From an uncultured delta proteobacterium (GTDB lineage: Bacteria; Desulfobacterota; Syntrophia; Syntrophales; Smithellaceae): a DNA stretch of 64,000 nucleotides. Below, in pieces: positions 11,399 through 20,648 of this stretch. The stretch covers positions 1,301,859-1,365,858 of the forward strand of contig CAWEQT010000001.1 of assembly GCA_963811325.1 (NCBI GenBank), read 5' to 3'. Within the stretch, counting starts at the first letter, position 1; each line of letters opens with the position of its first letter. The notes under the pieces were generated by a model, which saw only the letters and a list, made by a program, of their open reading frames with translations, ran no database searches and was not told the DNA's origin. The position numbers were made by a program, and so were the translations under genes.

Positions 11399-12013
11399 TT
11401 AATACTCCTTTTTTTTGTTAACTGAAGATTCCTGCTTGCGAACAATGATTTCATCGATCAAACCATATTCTTTAGCTTGTTCACTAGTCATGTAATAATC
11501 GCGTTCCGTGTCATTAATAATCTTGGGAAGCGGCTGTCCTGTTAAATCAGCCAGTATTTTATTTAACTCATCTTTTAATCTTAATATTTCTTTTGCCTGA
11601 ATGTCAATGTCCGTCGCCTGTCCCTGAAAACCTCCCAAAGGTTGATGGATTAAAATTCTCGAATGAGGCAGGGCAAATCTTTTTTTCTTTTCTCCTGCAG
11701 CCAAAAGCAAAGCGGCCATGCTGGCTGATTGTCCCATGCAAACAGTCGAAATCGGTGATTTAATGTACCGCATTGTATCATAAATGGCCATCCCTGCACT
11801 TACACTTCCTCCGGGAGAATTTAAATAAAAAAAGATTTCCTTATCCGGATTTTCAGCTTCCAGATACAGCATCTGAGCAACAATTAAATTGGCCACATTA
11901 TCATCAATAGCTGTGCCCAGAAAAACTATACGATCTTTCAACAAACGTGAATAAATATCGTACGCCCGTTCACCTCGCCCATCTTGCTCAACCACCATGG
12001 GAATCAAATTCAC
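11399..12013 (-). CDS. clpP: ClpP proteolytic subunit
   Basis: [36 protein letters not shown]. Confidence 0.98.
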   Translation of the reverse strand: MNLIPMVVEQDGRGERAYDIYSRLLKDRIVFLGTAIDDNVANLIVAQMLYLEAENPDKEIFFYLNSPGGSVSAGMAIYDTMRYIKSPISTVCMGQSASMAALLLAAGEKKKRFALPHSRILIHQPLGGFQGQATDIDIQAKEILRLKDELNKILADLTGQPLPKIINDTERDYYMTSEQAKEYGLIDEIIVRKQESSVNKKKEY

Positions 12014-13335
12014 TATTTAACCTCCGCATCCGTACCATTTTTTTCAACGAGTTTAATATTTGCATTGTGCTCGATAAAGTCAAATGCCTTTTTTTGAATT
12101 AACTCCATTTTAAGACTATCTTTCCTTTCTTCATCATCGTACATTTTCTTCAATAATTCGTAATCCTGGCCTTTCTGAAGGGCTAATTCCTGAATATATT
12201 TCTCTATATCGTTCTCTTCGGCTACAAATGATTCTTTTTCGGCAATTTTTTTTAACAGTAAAAAAGATTTAACGATTTTCGCAGCGTCATCTTTGAATTT
12301 ATCGTGCATTTTAAAGCTTAATTCCAGAGCATTTTTTTCATCCATACCAGCAGAAATCATCCTTTTTTGAGTATCAGCCATCATATAATAAATCTGTCTT
12401 TCAACAAGTGACGGCGGAACTTCAAAATCATTTTCTTTTATCAATATTTCTGTAATCCTGTTTTGCAAATTAAGTTCCGTCTGGCGCTGAAATTTTTCTT
12501 CCAAAGATTTACGCACATCGTTTTTTAAATCTTCTAAAGAATTGTATCTGTCAAAATTTTTAATAAAATTCTCATCTATTTCCGGCAATTTTTTCTCTTT
12601 TATATTTTTTACCTTAACATTGAAAATAATCTCTTTTCCGGCAAATTTATTTTCGTGATAGTCAGCAGGGAATTCTACTTTAACTTCCTTAATTTCCCCG
12701 TTTTTCATGCCAATTAATTGTTCTTCAAAACCCGGAACAAATCTTTGTGATCCGATTTCCAGTAAATAGTCTTCCGCTTTTAATTCCTTGTATATTTCTC
12801 CGTTTAAACTTCCGGCAAAGTCAATCACAACAAAATCAGCATTGACAACGGGGCGATCATCTTTAACCTCCTCCATCGTCGCAAACATTTCTCTTATTTC
12901 GTTAATTCTTTTTTCTACATCAGTATCTGTTACCTTAAGTTTTTCTTTTTCTAATTCAATTCCTTTATAACCTTTAGGTTCAAACTCCGGTTCGGTTTCA
13001 AACGAAGCAGAAAAAGAAAAGTCTGTGTTTTCCTTAAATCCTTCCTGATTTATTTCGGGCCGCGAAACCGCAACTATGCCCTTATCTTCTAAAGTCTGCC
13101 AATAATATTTGTTAACAATATTGGTTGCCGTCTCTCCTTCCGCCTGTTCTTTAAAATAAGTTTCCAGCACCTTGCGGGGAATTTTCCCCGGGCGAAAACC
13201 TTTAAGCTTGGCCTTTTTACCGACTTCGCGATATACAGCATCCAACTCATTTTTAACTTCGGTCCAGGGTATTTCCAATGATAATTTTTTCTTTACGGAG
13301 CTCAATTCTTCCATTTTTACTACCACTTGATTCAC
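12013..13335 (-). CDS. tig: Trigger factor (probable GTG start at 13335 after AAGGAG)
   Basis: GFRPGKIP ribosome-binding motif, FKBP domain [11 protein letters not shown], position upstream of clpP. Confidence 0.95.
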   Translation of the reverse strand: MNQVVVKMEELSSVKKKLSLEIPWTEVKNELDAVYREVGKKAKLKGFRPGKIPRKVLETYFKEQAEGETATNIVNKYYWQTLEDKGIVAVSRPEINQEGFKENTDFSFSASFETEPEFEPKGYKGIELEKEKLKVTDTDVEKRINEIREMFATMEEVKDDRPVVNADFVVIDFAGSLNGEIYKELKAEDYLLEIGSQRFVPGFEEQLIGMKNGEIKEVKVEFPADYHENKFAGKEIIFNVKVKNIKEKKLPEIDENFIKNFDRYNSLEDLKNDVRKSLEEKFQRQTELNLQNRITEILIKENDFEVPPSLVERQIYYMMADTQKRMISAGMDEKNALELSFKMHDKFKDDAAKIVKSFLLLKKIAEKESFVAEENDIEKYIQELALQKGQDYELLKKMYDDEERKDSLKMELIQKKAFDFIEHNANIKLVEKNGTDAEVK

Positions 13336-13383
13336 TATAATATCTCCTTCTTTATTGAAATATTTACAATTTTTTTTCATGAC

Positions 13384-13471
13384 TGGTGCGAGAGAGGGGA
13401 CTTGAACCCCTATTCCGCATATGCGGGCTGGATCCTAAGTCCAGTGCGTCTGCCAATTCCGCCACTCTCGC
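13384..13471 (-). tRNA. tRNA-Leu(TAG)
   Basis: GCGAGAGTGGCGGAATTGGCAGACGC CTGGA-CTTAGGA-TCCAG, long variable arm, GGTTCAAGTCCC, CCA end. Confidence 0.97.
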
Positions 13472-13708
13472 CTGGAAATTTTCTAAAATTATATAATCAT
13501 TACGCATACAAATGTCAACGCGGATTATTTTTTGTGATTATAAATAAAACTAGCCCAATTAAGCTATTCTGTGAGTTCCTGTATTTGATTATCTGCTTTT
13601 ATGCAAGGAAAATGTCTTCATAAACCGTCTGCTCGGGATGGGAAATAAATAGTAACTCTTTAATTATATTTATACCGGTAAATTAACATAATCAAATGGA
13701 GGTTTAAT

Positions 13709-14070
13709 ATGGACGCTCATTAATGATAAATATTGAGTGGTTACCTTGCTCAATAAAGAAGAGAAGGAAGCATTTCAGACTCTTGCCTGGTGTGGTGGCC
13801 GATCAATAGCGGGCTATTTTCGCTATCCACCGATTGAGGCAATAGCAATAACCAGTTCGTATTAATATGCCTGAGTAGTTGGATATAGCCTCCAAAAATA
13901 TTTTTAAAGTTGAAGCAGTTCAAAGTAAAATGGACACATAAGGGATAAAACAAGAGACGGTTTGGGGATATAACGAATTCCGAGATAAGGAGAGAAGCAA
14001 TGGAATCCAAAACCAGCGGCATCGGCGGTAATGGCCTCATCCGTTAGCAGTTGGATGATGTACTGAACCG
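13709..14070 (+). pseudogene. Possible decayed ORF of unknown family
   Basis: Strong GGAGG SD and ATG at 13709 followed by a stop after 4 codons; protein-like fragments in shifted frames (VVTLLNKEEKEAFQTLAWCGGRSIAGYFRYPP; LDIASKNIFKVEAVQSKMDT*GIKQETVWGY). Confidence 0.3.
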
Positions 14071-14127
14071 TCTCTGTTCAAACCTCTCTCTGGGTATCGT
14101 TACTTTTCAGAACTTCAAATAATAATT

Positions 14128-14157
14128 AAAAAGGCAGAGCCAATTGACCCTGCCTTT
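14128..14157 (-). terminator. Terminator of PEP-CTERM gene 1
   Basis: AAAGGCAGGGTC-AATT-GGCTCTGCCTTT followed by Ts on the minus strand. Confidence 0.75.
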
Positions 14158-14184
14158 CTATAATTAAACCTATTATGTGTTTCG

Positions 14185-14835
14185 TTACTTCTTTAACTTT
14201 CTCCTGGCTCCAGCCAATCCAATCAAACCAAGTCCAAGAAGCAGCATGGTGGCGGGTTCGGGAACGGGAACTTCACCAACCGCGATGTTGTCAACCTCAA
14301 ATGCGTATTGCGTGCTGGTCAACACGAATTCATTGAAATTAGGCAGACCAAGGAAATTGACATAAAGATTGGTTGACGGAGCTGTTTGATTGCCGTTTGC
14401 GCTACTCGGGTTTATGGCTTGTGTGCCAGTAAAGGACGCAACTTCTATTCCAGCATTATAAAAGCTAATCGTGTTGTAGGAATCCACAGACCCCCACCAA
14501 AGGCCTAAGTAATTGTTAACCACATTTGGAAGAAATACTTTGACACTTCCTGATCCTTCGGTTGCGGGAACAGCCAAATAATTTGTAAGATCTTGACCCG
14601 ATGGACCATACGGAGCGGCGTAAAGACCTGATTCGCTGCCATTTACCACTTGTCCATTGCCTAACCATAGCAAATTAGGTGTGCCATCAAAAGTATATAC
14701 TGTCACACCACTGTAGGGGGATGTGTAACCACCGTCACCAAGAGCATAATTATAATTTATGATGGTAGCATTCGCAACACCGGACAGTCCCAGTAACAGG
14801 ACAAAGATACTTAATAAATTCAAAAATCGTTTCAT
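14185..14835 (-). CDS. PEP-CTERM exosortase-sorted surface protein 1 (resembles the Npun_F0296 type)
   Basis: Signal peptide MKRFLNLLSIFVLLLGLSGVANA; GLWWGSVDSYNTISFY; C-terminal VPEPATMLLLGLGLIGLAGARRKLKK. Confidence 0.93.
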   Translation of the reverse strand: MKRFLNLLSIFVLLLGLSGVANATIINYNYALGDGGYTSPYSGVTVYTFDGTPNLLWLGNGQVVNGSESGLYAAPYGPSGQDLTNYLAVPATEGSGSVKVFLPNVVNNYLGLWWGSVDSYNTISFYNAGIEVASFTGTQAINPSSANGNQTAPSTNLYVNFLGLPNFNEFVLTSTQYAFEVDNIAVGEVPVPEPATMLLLGLGLIGLAGARRKLKK

Positions 14836-14878
14836 TTTTTTTCCTCCTTTTTTATTCTTTACTCTTTTCCTTAATAGT

Positions 14879-14894
14879 TGCAACAAATATGCCA
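14879..14894 (-). promoter_or_regulatory. sigma54 -24/-12 promoter of PEP-CTERM gene 1
   Basis: TGGCAT-ATTTG-TTGCA. Confidence 0.85.
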
Positions 14895-14934
14895 TTTTAA
14901 TTCCCGTTTACCTAAATATTTTCAATATTTATTT

Positions 14935-14947
14935 CAAGTCCTTGATA
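14935..14947 (-). promoter_or_regulatory. Putative IHF site
   Basis: TATCAAggacTTG matches WATCAANNNNTTR and lies between the enhancer and the sigma54 promoter. Confidence 0.5.
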
Positions 14948-15025
14948 AGTAAAGGTTTATATATGTTAATAATTTTTTCTGTTGAATTACATAAATTCTT
15001 TATTACCCAAGTCATGAACATGATT

Positions 15026-15042
15026 TGTAAAGGTATCCAACA
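15026..15042. promoter_or_regulatory. 17-bp enhancer box (putative PrsR site)
   Basis: TGTAAAGGTATCCAACA (TGT-N11-ACA), 131 nt from the -24 element. Confidence 0.7.
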
Positions 15043-15126
15043 CTTTTTAAGCGTCAATATTAACCTTAATTGAAGATACGATAATAAATACAATGAATTA
15101 CGATGAATTTTTACAGAAATTTACTT

Positions 15127-15143
15127 TGTAAAGGATTTCGACA
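15127..15143. promoter_or_regulatory. 17-bp enhancer box (putative PrsR site)
   Basis: TGTAAAGGATTTCGACA, 101 bp from the previous box. Confidence 0.7.
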
Positions 15144-15276
15144 ATGCCTTTAAATAGTAATACTGACAGATAATATTAGATGGATGATAAAACTTTGTAG
15201 ATGTTGGCGGTAATCGAGACAAAGCTTAATTGGGCACTGTATGTCAAGGCATGTATGGGTAAGTGATAAGACAAAT

Positions 15277-15315
15277 AAAAACCCCTCGTGAAATATTTTA
15301 TTTCTTGCGAGGGGT
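15277..15315 (-). terminator. Terminator downstream of PEP-CTERM gene 2
   Basis: ACCCCTCG...CGAGGGGT stem followed by TTTTT on the minus strand. Confidence 0.65.
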
Positions 15316-15524
15316 AAACGATAACCACTTATGTCGTCTCGTCTTTTACTGGAGTCATTCATTTTACACTTGATCTTTTAAGGGTGATAATCACCACGAA
15401 GACCCTGTGTTTTCTTTTTTATGTTAACATCCAGTAGAATAGACTCAATACGTGCATAGCAGTACCTCGTTTGCTTAGTTTATTTCTAGAAGAACGCTAC
15501 AATGCATTATATTTATAATTTGAT

Positions 15525-16148
15525 TTACTTTTTAAACTTTCTCCTGAATCCTGCCAACCCAACTAACCCAAGACCAAGAAGGAGCATTGTGGCTGGCTCG
15601 GGAACAATCTCCATAAACTCTTGATTACAAGTGCCCGTAGGCGTTAGGATTAAAACGTCAGAGTAGTTGCCCGATTTGTAATGTTCAATCGCGAAAGCTA
15701 CCCATTTATTGTCATCCCCATACCCGTTACCATCTGATTTTGGATTCGCAATATACCATATCGCCGCCTGAATCTCTTGATTCTGAAGCAACTGAGAAGT
15801 CTTACCCCAGTTGGCCATGTTGTAAAGTATAAGATAAGCCATCTCCTCGTACTTTACGAGACCAGAGTTGCCTAGGTATGTATTGGTGAGGCCCGTAGTG
15901 TTGCTAAGAAAGGTTTCATTGACAGTCCAATGAGTGTGCAGATAGGATTCGTGCATGGGATCAACACAGAAGATATCGTTCATGGCTGTCGGACTATCGC
16001 CACCAAGATAAGGGTCTATGTAGACCTGGCCAGTAAGGTTTATTTGGCCATTTACGCCATTAAGATACAATGTGTCAGCCTTGACTGCCGGAGCAGCCAT
16101 CATGAAAAAGACCACCATTAAAGTAAGAATCATTGTCAATTTTTTCAT
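15525..16148 (-). CDS. PEP-CTERM surface protein 2 with thioester-domain-like motifs
   Basis: Signal peptide MKKLTMILTLMVVFFMMAAPAVKA; FCVD, IQAAIWY, NQEFM; IVPEPATMLLLGLGLVGLAGFRRKFKK. Confidence 0.93.
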   Translation of the reverse strand: MKKLTMILTLMVVFFMMAAPAVKADTLYLNGVNGQINLTGQVYIDPYLGGDSPTAMNDIFCVDPMHESYLHTHWTVNETFLSNTTGLTNTYLGNSGLVKYEEMAYLILYNMANWGKTSQLLQNQEIQAAIWYIANPKSDGNGYGDDNKWVAFAIEHYKSGNYSDVLILTPTGTCNQEFMEIVPEPATMLLLGLGLVGLAGFRRKFKK

Positions 16149-16195
16149 ATATTTCACCTTACTGAAAATTATTTTCTTTATTTTGTAAAATATAT

Positions 16196-16211
16196 AGCAA
16201 TTAGCGTACCA
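16196..16211 (-). promoter_or_regulatory. sigma54 promoter of PEP-CTERM gene 2
   Basis: TGGTAC-GCTAA-TTGCT. Confidence 0.85.
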
Positions 16212-16339
16212 TATTGTATAACATTTTAACGTCTGATCTCGTAAGTTGTATAACATGATGTTTTTACATCATAAACATTTTTATTTTTAAAAACTTGATG
16301 ATGAGTATAGATAAGATATTATTAAGACATGAAGAAAAG

Positions 16340-16356
16340 CGTAAATCATTTCGACA
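16340..16356. promoter_or_regulatory. 17-bp enhancer box
   Basis: CGTAAATCATTTCGACA, 128 nt from the -24 element. Confidence 0.65.
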
Positions 16357-16360
16357 CTTT

Positions 16361-16557
16361 TAATTGTTTATTGGGGTATATAGGGTCATATTTAGGCAGA
16401 AAACTATTATTTTACAATGTATTACAAGAGATTTCATTTTTGTAAAGAATTCCGACACATTAATTGTTTACTTGGGCATATATAGTCATATTTAGGCCTA
16501 AAACTATGATTTTATAATGTATTACAAGTGATTTCATTTTTGTAAAGTATTCCGACA
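16361..16557. repeat. Two-copy 100-bp tandem repeat, each unit ending in an enhancer box
   Basis: 16361-16457 vs 16461-16557, 11 mismatches in 97 nt by manual alignment; boxes TGTAAAGAATTCCGACA (16441) and TGTAAAGTATTCCGACA (16541). Confidence 0.9.
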
Positions 16558-16653
16558 TATTAAAAGATTAACATCAAACATTTTAATAAATAGATAGATT
16601 AACATCATAATTATATTATAAATATTAATGATAGGGAAAGGTAATACAAGGCT

Positions 16654-17142
16654 TTACATCAGGTAGTTTTGAAGGGCTTTATAACTCTTAAAATCAGCAT
16701 CCACAAAGAGAGCCCCGACATTAATGCTGTCTTCGGCGTCCATAACCCTGTTCGACTCACAGGACAACCTTATGGGCTTGTTCTCAATAGGCAAATTGAA
16801 AATGATCTCAAATCTTGAATTTTGCGAATCAATCCTGATCTGTTGCTTAAAATCCTTGGGAATTAAGACTTTTACACCGCCAAGAGAAATATCTGTAATG
16901 GATCCTACTCCCATTTGTCCAGGCTCCTGTTGATTAATCACAACCGGAACAGAAAGAGTCTTTCTCGGATATTGACGTTTTTCTTTTTCAACACCAGGAA
17001 AGGCTTTCCTCTCTTTAAGGTAATCGTTCAGAGCCATTTCAATCGTTGACGATAAAGACCGCCGGTCTTCTTTTGCAACTCGAGCCAGGGATTCATGCAA
17101 ATCATTGCTGGCACGAAAACATATGAGGCTGTCTTTTTTCAT
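16654..17142 (-). CDS. Ribbon-helix-helix plus PilZ domain protein
   Basis: N-terminal LICFRASNDLHESLARVAKEDRRSLSSTIEMALNDYL (RHH pattern); PilZ motifs KRQYPR (RxxxR) and DISLGG (DxSxxG). Confidence 0.85.
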   Translation of the reverse strand: MKKDSLICFRASNDLHESLARVAKEDRRSLSSTIEMALNDYLKERKAFPGVEKEKRQYPRKTLSVPVVINQQEPGQMGVGSITDISLGGVKVLIPKDFKQQIRIDSQNSRFEIIFNLPIENKPIRLSCESNRVMDAEDSINVGALFVDADFKSYKALQNYLM

Positions 17143-17185
17143 GGGGACACCTTATATTCAATAAATATCTAATTCAACTCTAAAA

Positions 17186-17201
17186 AGCATAAACTGTGCC
17201 T
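17186..17201 (-). promoter_or_regulatory. Putative sigma54 promoter of the RHH-PilZ gene
   Basis: AGGCAC-AGTTT-ATGCT with correct GG/GC spacing. Confidence 0.6.
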
Positions 17202-17318
17202 GACAAGTCATTTCCGGCCGGTTATTGATGTTAAGTCTCTCAATCACTGTCTTTTTTTTTATTAAAAACTACAATAACAGGGATGAATGGTTTTCTTTAT
17301 ACAACGAATCAGTTGAAT

Positions 17319-17335
17319 TGTAAAGAATTACGACG
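17319..17335. promoter_or_regulatory. 17-bp enhancer box
   Basis: TGTAAAGAATTACGACG, 117 nt from the putative -24 element. Confidence 0.6.
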
Positions 17336-17437
17336 GCAAATACAAGTCTACATCGTATCTTATTACTTTTTTTAATAGATTTTGATAGCTTGTTAATATA
17401 GATAACACTGAACATCCAATAATGAGTGAGGCCTAAT

Positions 17438-18106
17438 ATGAAAAACAGAAAGTCAAAATGGATTTGGGGTAGCATTTGCCTTTTTATATTTATAATAGCA
17501 ATTTTTATTTTCATATTTCGCGAGACAATTCTGTTTAAAGCAGGCAGCTTTATGGCTATGGCGCCAGCTGGCGATTATAAGGCGGACGTCGCCATTTTAG
17601 AAGGCGCTGAATTTATTACAACTGGTGCTATAACGAGCGGGATGGATTTATTATCATCAGGTAAAGTCAAGCGCATCGTTATCGTCTTGCAGAATATTGC
17701 CCCAACTGATAGGCCGTATGGCATTAATGGGAACTATCCGGATATCGTCTCGCAAGAACTTAAAAATCTCGGCCTGAAGGAAACGGAATCTAAAGTTATT
17801 GTAGTACCCATAAGACATCCAGTAACTTTAAAAGAGGCGAAAGTGGTATTAAAGGCTCTCTCGAGAGAGAATGTCAAGAGTGCCATCCTCCTATCACCGG
17901 GTTTTCATACCCGGCGAAGTTATCTGGCGTACCAACATGTAGGCCTACCCCTGCAAATTAAAATCTTCCCTTCAGCTTGCTTTACCAATTACCAACTCAA
18001 CAACTGGTGGGTTCAAGAACCTGCAGTTCGCGAATTCACCGTCGAATTGCTTAAATTGGGTTATTATTTAGCCGGAGGTTACATCCCTTTTAAATTTTCT
18101 TACTAA
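17438..18106 (+). CDS. YdcF/DUF218 (ElyC/SanA-like) family protein
   Basis: N-terminal TM anchor; TLKEAKVV and ILLSPGFHTRRSYLAY resemble the DUF218 E...A and S..H..R motifs. Confidence 0.7.
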   Translation: MKNRKSKWIWGSICLFIFIIAIFIFIFRETILFKAGSFMAMAPAGDYKADVAILEGAEFITTGAITSGMDLLSSGKVKRIVIVLQNIAPTDRPYGINGNYPDIVSQELKNLGLKETESKVIVVPIRHPVTLKEAKVVLKALSRENVKSAILLSPGFHTRRSYLAYQHVGLPLQIKIFPSACFTNYQLNNWWVQEPAVREFTVELLKLGYYLAGGYIPFKFSY

Positions 18107-18109
18107 ATG

Positions 18110-18150
18110 TTTGCTTCTCCAAACTTTTTGAAAAAGTTTGGAGAAGCAAA
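18110..18150. repeat. Perfect 20-bp inverted repeat between convergent genes (terminator or REP-like)
   Basis: TTTGCTTCTCCAAACTTTTT-G-AAAAAGTTTGGAGAAGCAAA. Confidence 0.85.
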
Positions 18151-18160
18151 TGGAAATAAA

Positions 18161-20443
18161 TTATTTAAGATTATTGAGCGTCGCCCTGGCTTCATCAGCG
18201 CCGGCGAAACTGGAATTTATCTTTAGAGCAGCACTGAGTTCTTTTTTAGCCAAGTCACGGTTGCCGTTTTTATAGTATGCCATGCCCAGGTGATATCTGA
18301 CCACGGGTTGATCGGGCATTTTATCCGCCGCTTCTTTCAAATATGTAATGGCAGTTCCGGGAACATTTTTCTTATAATATATCCATCCCAGCGTATCTGA
18401 AATATGAGCCTCTTCCGGCATCTGTTCCTTGGCTTTTTGCGCTAGATTCAAAGCTACATCGATGTTGCCGCCGTGTTCTGCATAAAGAAAAGCAAGATTA
18501 TTGGCCGCCGAAACAAAATTTGGATTTATCTTTAAAGCTTTTTCATAGTACTCCTGAGCCTTGCTGTAATTTTTTTCATTTTCATAGATCATCCCCAGCA
18601 TCATTAATGCCGAGAGCGTATCCGGTGCTTTTTCGACAGAAGCAAGACATTGATTTTTTGCCTTATCGGTTAGATTATGCCTCATATAAAAACCTGCCAA
18701 TAACATTTGCAGAGCGGGCAGGTTGGGATTGAGTTCAATTGCCTTCTTCATATTGCTTTCAGCGGAAGTCAAATCTTTTTTTGTCTCGTAGAGTGCTCCG
18801 AGCATGCTATAGAAAACAGGATTTTGCGGCACAATTTTAATTTGTTGCTGTACTCTTTCAATAGCTTTGTCCGTATTTTTTCTGCTCAAATAAACAGAAG
18901 CAATCAGTTGAAGCGCATTCACATTATCCGGCTGCAGAGATAATGCCTTTTCTAACCTTTCAAGCGCTTCTTTTTCCTTCTTTTGATATAGAAGAACTTT
19001 ACTCGATTGGATATAGCCTGCCGGATTACCCGGCGAATACTTGATTACAGCATCATATTCTCTGGCCGCACCGAGTATATCTCTTTTTGATAAATAGGCA
19101 TCACCCAGAAGAATACGTGCCTGGATATTGGAGGGATTGTCCTTTAATATAATATTGAGCTGGTCAATGGCTTCGGAAGAATTTCCTTCTCTAAAGTTAA
19201 TGTCCGCCATAAGAAGTCTTGGCTGTTCCCATTTTGGATTAAGCTTTATGGCTTCTCCCAATTCAGCTTTCGCCTGCTGAATGTTATGCTTACCTGAGTG
19301 AGCAAGAGCAGTTAAATAATGCGCCATAGCCGATTGCGGATTATTTTTAACATACTCCTGAAACAAATTTAGTGCCTGATCAAATTCATTCCGGCTCAAT
19401 AAAATTCTTCCCTTCAGGAGCAGGCCTTCCTGACTTTTGGGATTAATCTTCAGAATTTTTTCCGTCTGTTTCAAACCTTCGTCATATTTCTTTTCGTTTA
19501 TATAGAAATCGGCCAGCCTTGCTATAACACTGATATTCTCCGAATCCTGACTCAATGCTTTTTTGAAATATGATTCTGCTTTATCTTTTTCCCCTTCGAG
19601 CAAATAGAAATCGCCAAGATGAATTTTTAAATTGGCATTTTGGGGTGTAATTTCAATTCCTTTCAAAAATTGTTTTTCCGCATCATCTCGTTTGTTGATG
19701 ATTGTATAAAAATTACCAAGCTGCATAAAACTTCTTGCATCATTAGGGGCAATTTTTGTTGCTTCGATATATTCACGTTCAGCCAATTCTTTGTTTCCTG
19801 ACCGTAAATAAAATTCAGCAAGGGCGAACCGTCCCCGCAATGACTTTTCATCAGCTTTTACGGCAGCTTTGAGCATTTCTTCGGCGCTGGATAAATCTTT
19901 TTTGATTATATAAAGGTTGGCAAGATGAAGATATGCCTCCGGTTTGTTTTCTCCTTCAACTGCCTTTTTACCCTCGTTGATCGCCTCATCCAGATTTTTT
20001 TCCATGAGATAAATGTTGCTCAAAAGCATATGACCCAGAGAATTTTTTGCATCTTTGGCTAAAATCAATTCGGCCTGTTCTCTGGCCTTCTTGGTATCTC
20101 CGGACATAAGGTACAACACGCCTAACTGATTACGGGCTTCCACCATATCAGGATTTATTTCTACTGCTTTGGTCAGAACGACATATCCTTCCCTCATCAT
20201 CCCCATTTTCAAATAGGCCATTCCCAGTTTGTAGTAAGCTTTCGAATATTTGGGTTCCAACTTGATTATATTTTTATATTCAATAATAGCTTCTTTAAGC
20301 TTATTTTCTGAAAAGTATGTCTCCCCTTTCTTCCAGTGCCGCTCAATCCTTGACTCTTTGGAACATCCGGAAAACAAGATAAGAAAAGCGATAACCGATA
20401 AGGTGCAAATCGCGACATACATCCTTCTTTTTTCTAAATTCAT
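18161..20443 (-). CDS. prsT: PEP-CTERM system TPR-repeat lipoprotein (PrsT-like)
   Basis: Lipobox LFSGC, TPR repeats throughout, C-terminal AANNLAFLYA...DTLGWIYY...YHLGMAY typical of PrsT, locus context. Confidence 0.82.
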   Translation of the reverse strand: MNLEKRRMYVAICTLSVIAFLILFSGCSKESRIERHWKKGETYFSENKLKEAIIEYKNIIKLEPKYSKAYYKLGMAYLKMGMMREGYVVLTKAVEINPDMVEARNQLGVLYLMSGDTKKAREQAELILAKDAKNSLGHMLLSNIYLMEKNLDEAINEGKKAVEGENKPEAYLHLANLYIIKKDLSSAEEMLKAAVKADEKSLRGRFALAEFYLRSGNKELAEREYIEATKIAPNDARSFMQLGNFYTIINKRDDAEKQFLKGIEITPQNANLKIHLGDFYLLEGEKDKAESYFKKALSQDSENISVIARLADFYINEKKYDEGLKQTEKILKINPKSQEGLLLKGRILLSRNEFDQALNLFQEYVKNNPQSAMAHYLTALAHSGKHNIQQAKAELGEAIKLNPKWEQPRLLMADINFREGNSSEAIDQLNIILKDNPSNIQARILLGDAYLSKRDILGAAREYDAVIKYSPGNPAGYIQSSKVLLYQKKEKEALERLEKALSLQPDNVNALQLIASVYLSRKNTDKAIERVQQQIKIVPQNPVFYSMLGALYETKKDLTSAESNMKKAIELNPNLPALQMLLAGFYMRHNLTDKAKNQCLASVEKAPDTLSALMMLGMIYENEKNYSKAQEYYEKALKINPNFVSAANNLAFLYAEHGGNIDVALNLAQKAKEQMPEEAHISDTLGWIYYKKNVPGTAITYLKEAADKMPDQPVVRYHLGMAYYKNGNRDLAKKELSAALKINSSFAGADEARATLNNLK

Positions 20444-20648
20444 GCCTGTTATCTCCTTTGGGGGTTAGGATAAGTTAGAGTATAATATCTTTTTACATTG
20501 TATCCTTTTGTTATTTCTTTTTCAAGGGATAAATGGTTTCCTTCTGAAAAAGCTGGACATTCTTATTTATATTTGCTAATATGCATAACAAAACATAGAT
20601 TTAATATGTATAATAAATAGAATTTCCCCAAAAATGAGGTAACAAATT

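Noticed and set aside
13384-14200. Genomic island integrated at tRNA-Leu
   Set aside because: The locus lies on the 5' side of the tRNA; I saw no integrase and no duplicated tRNA 3' end
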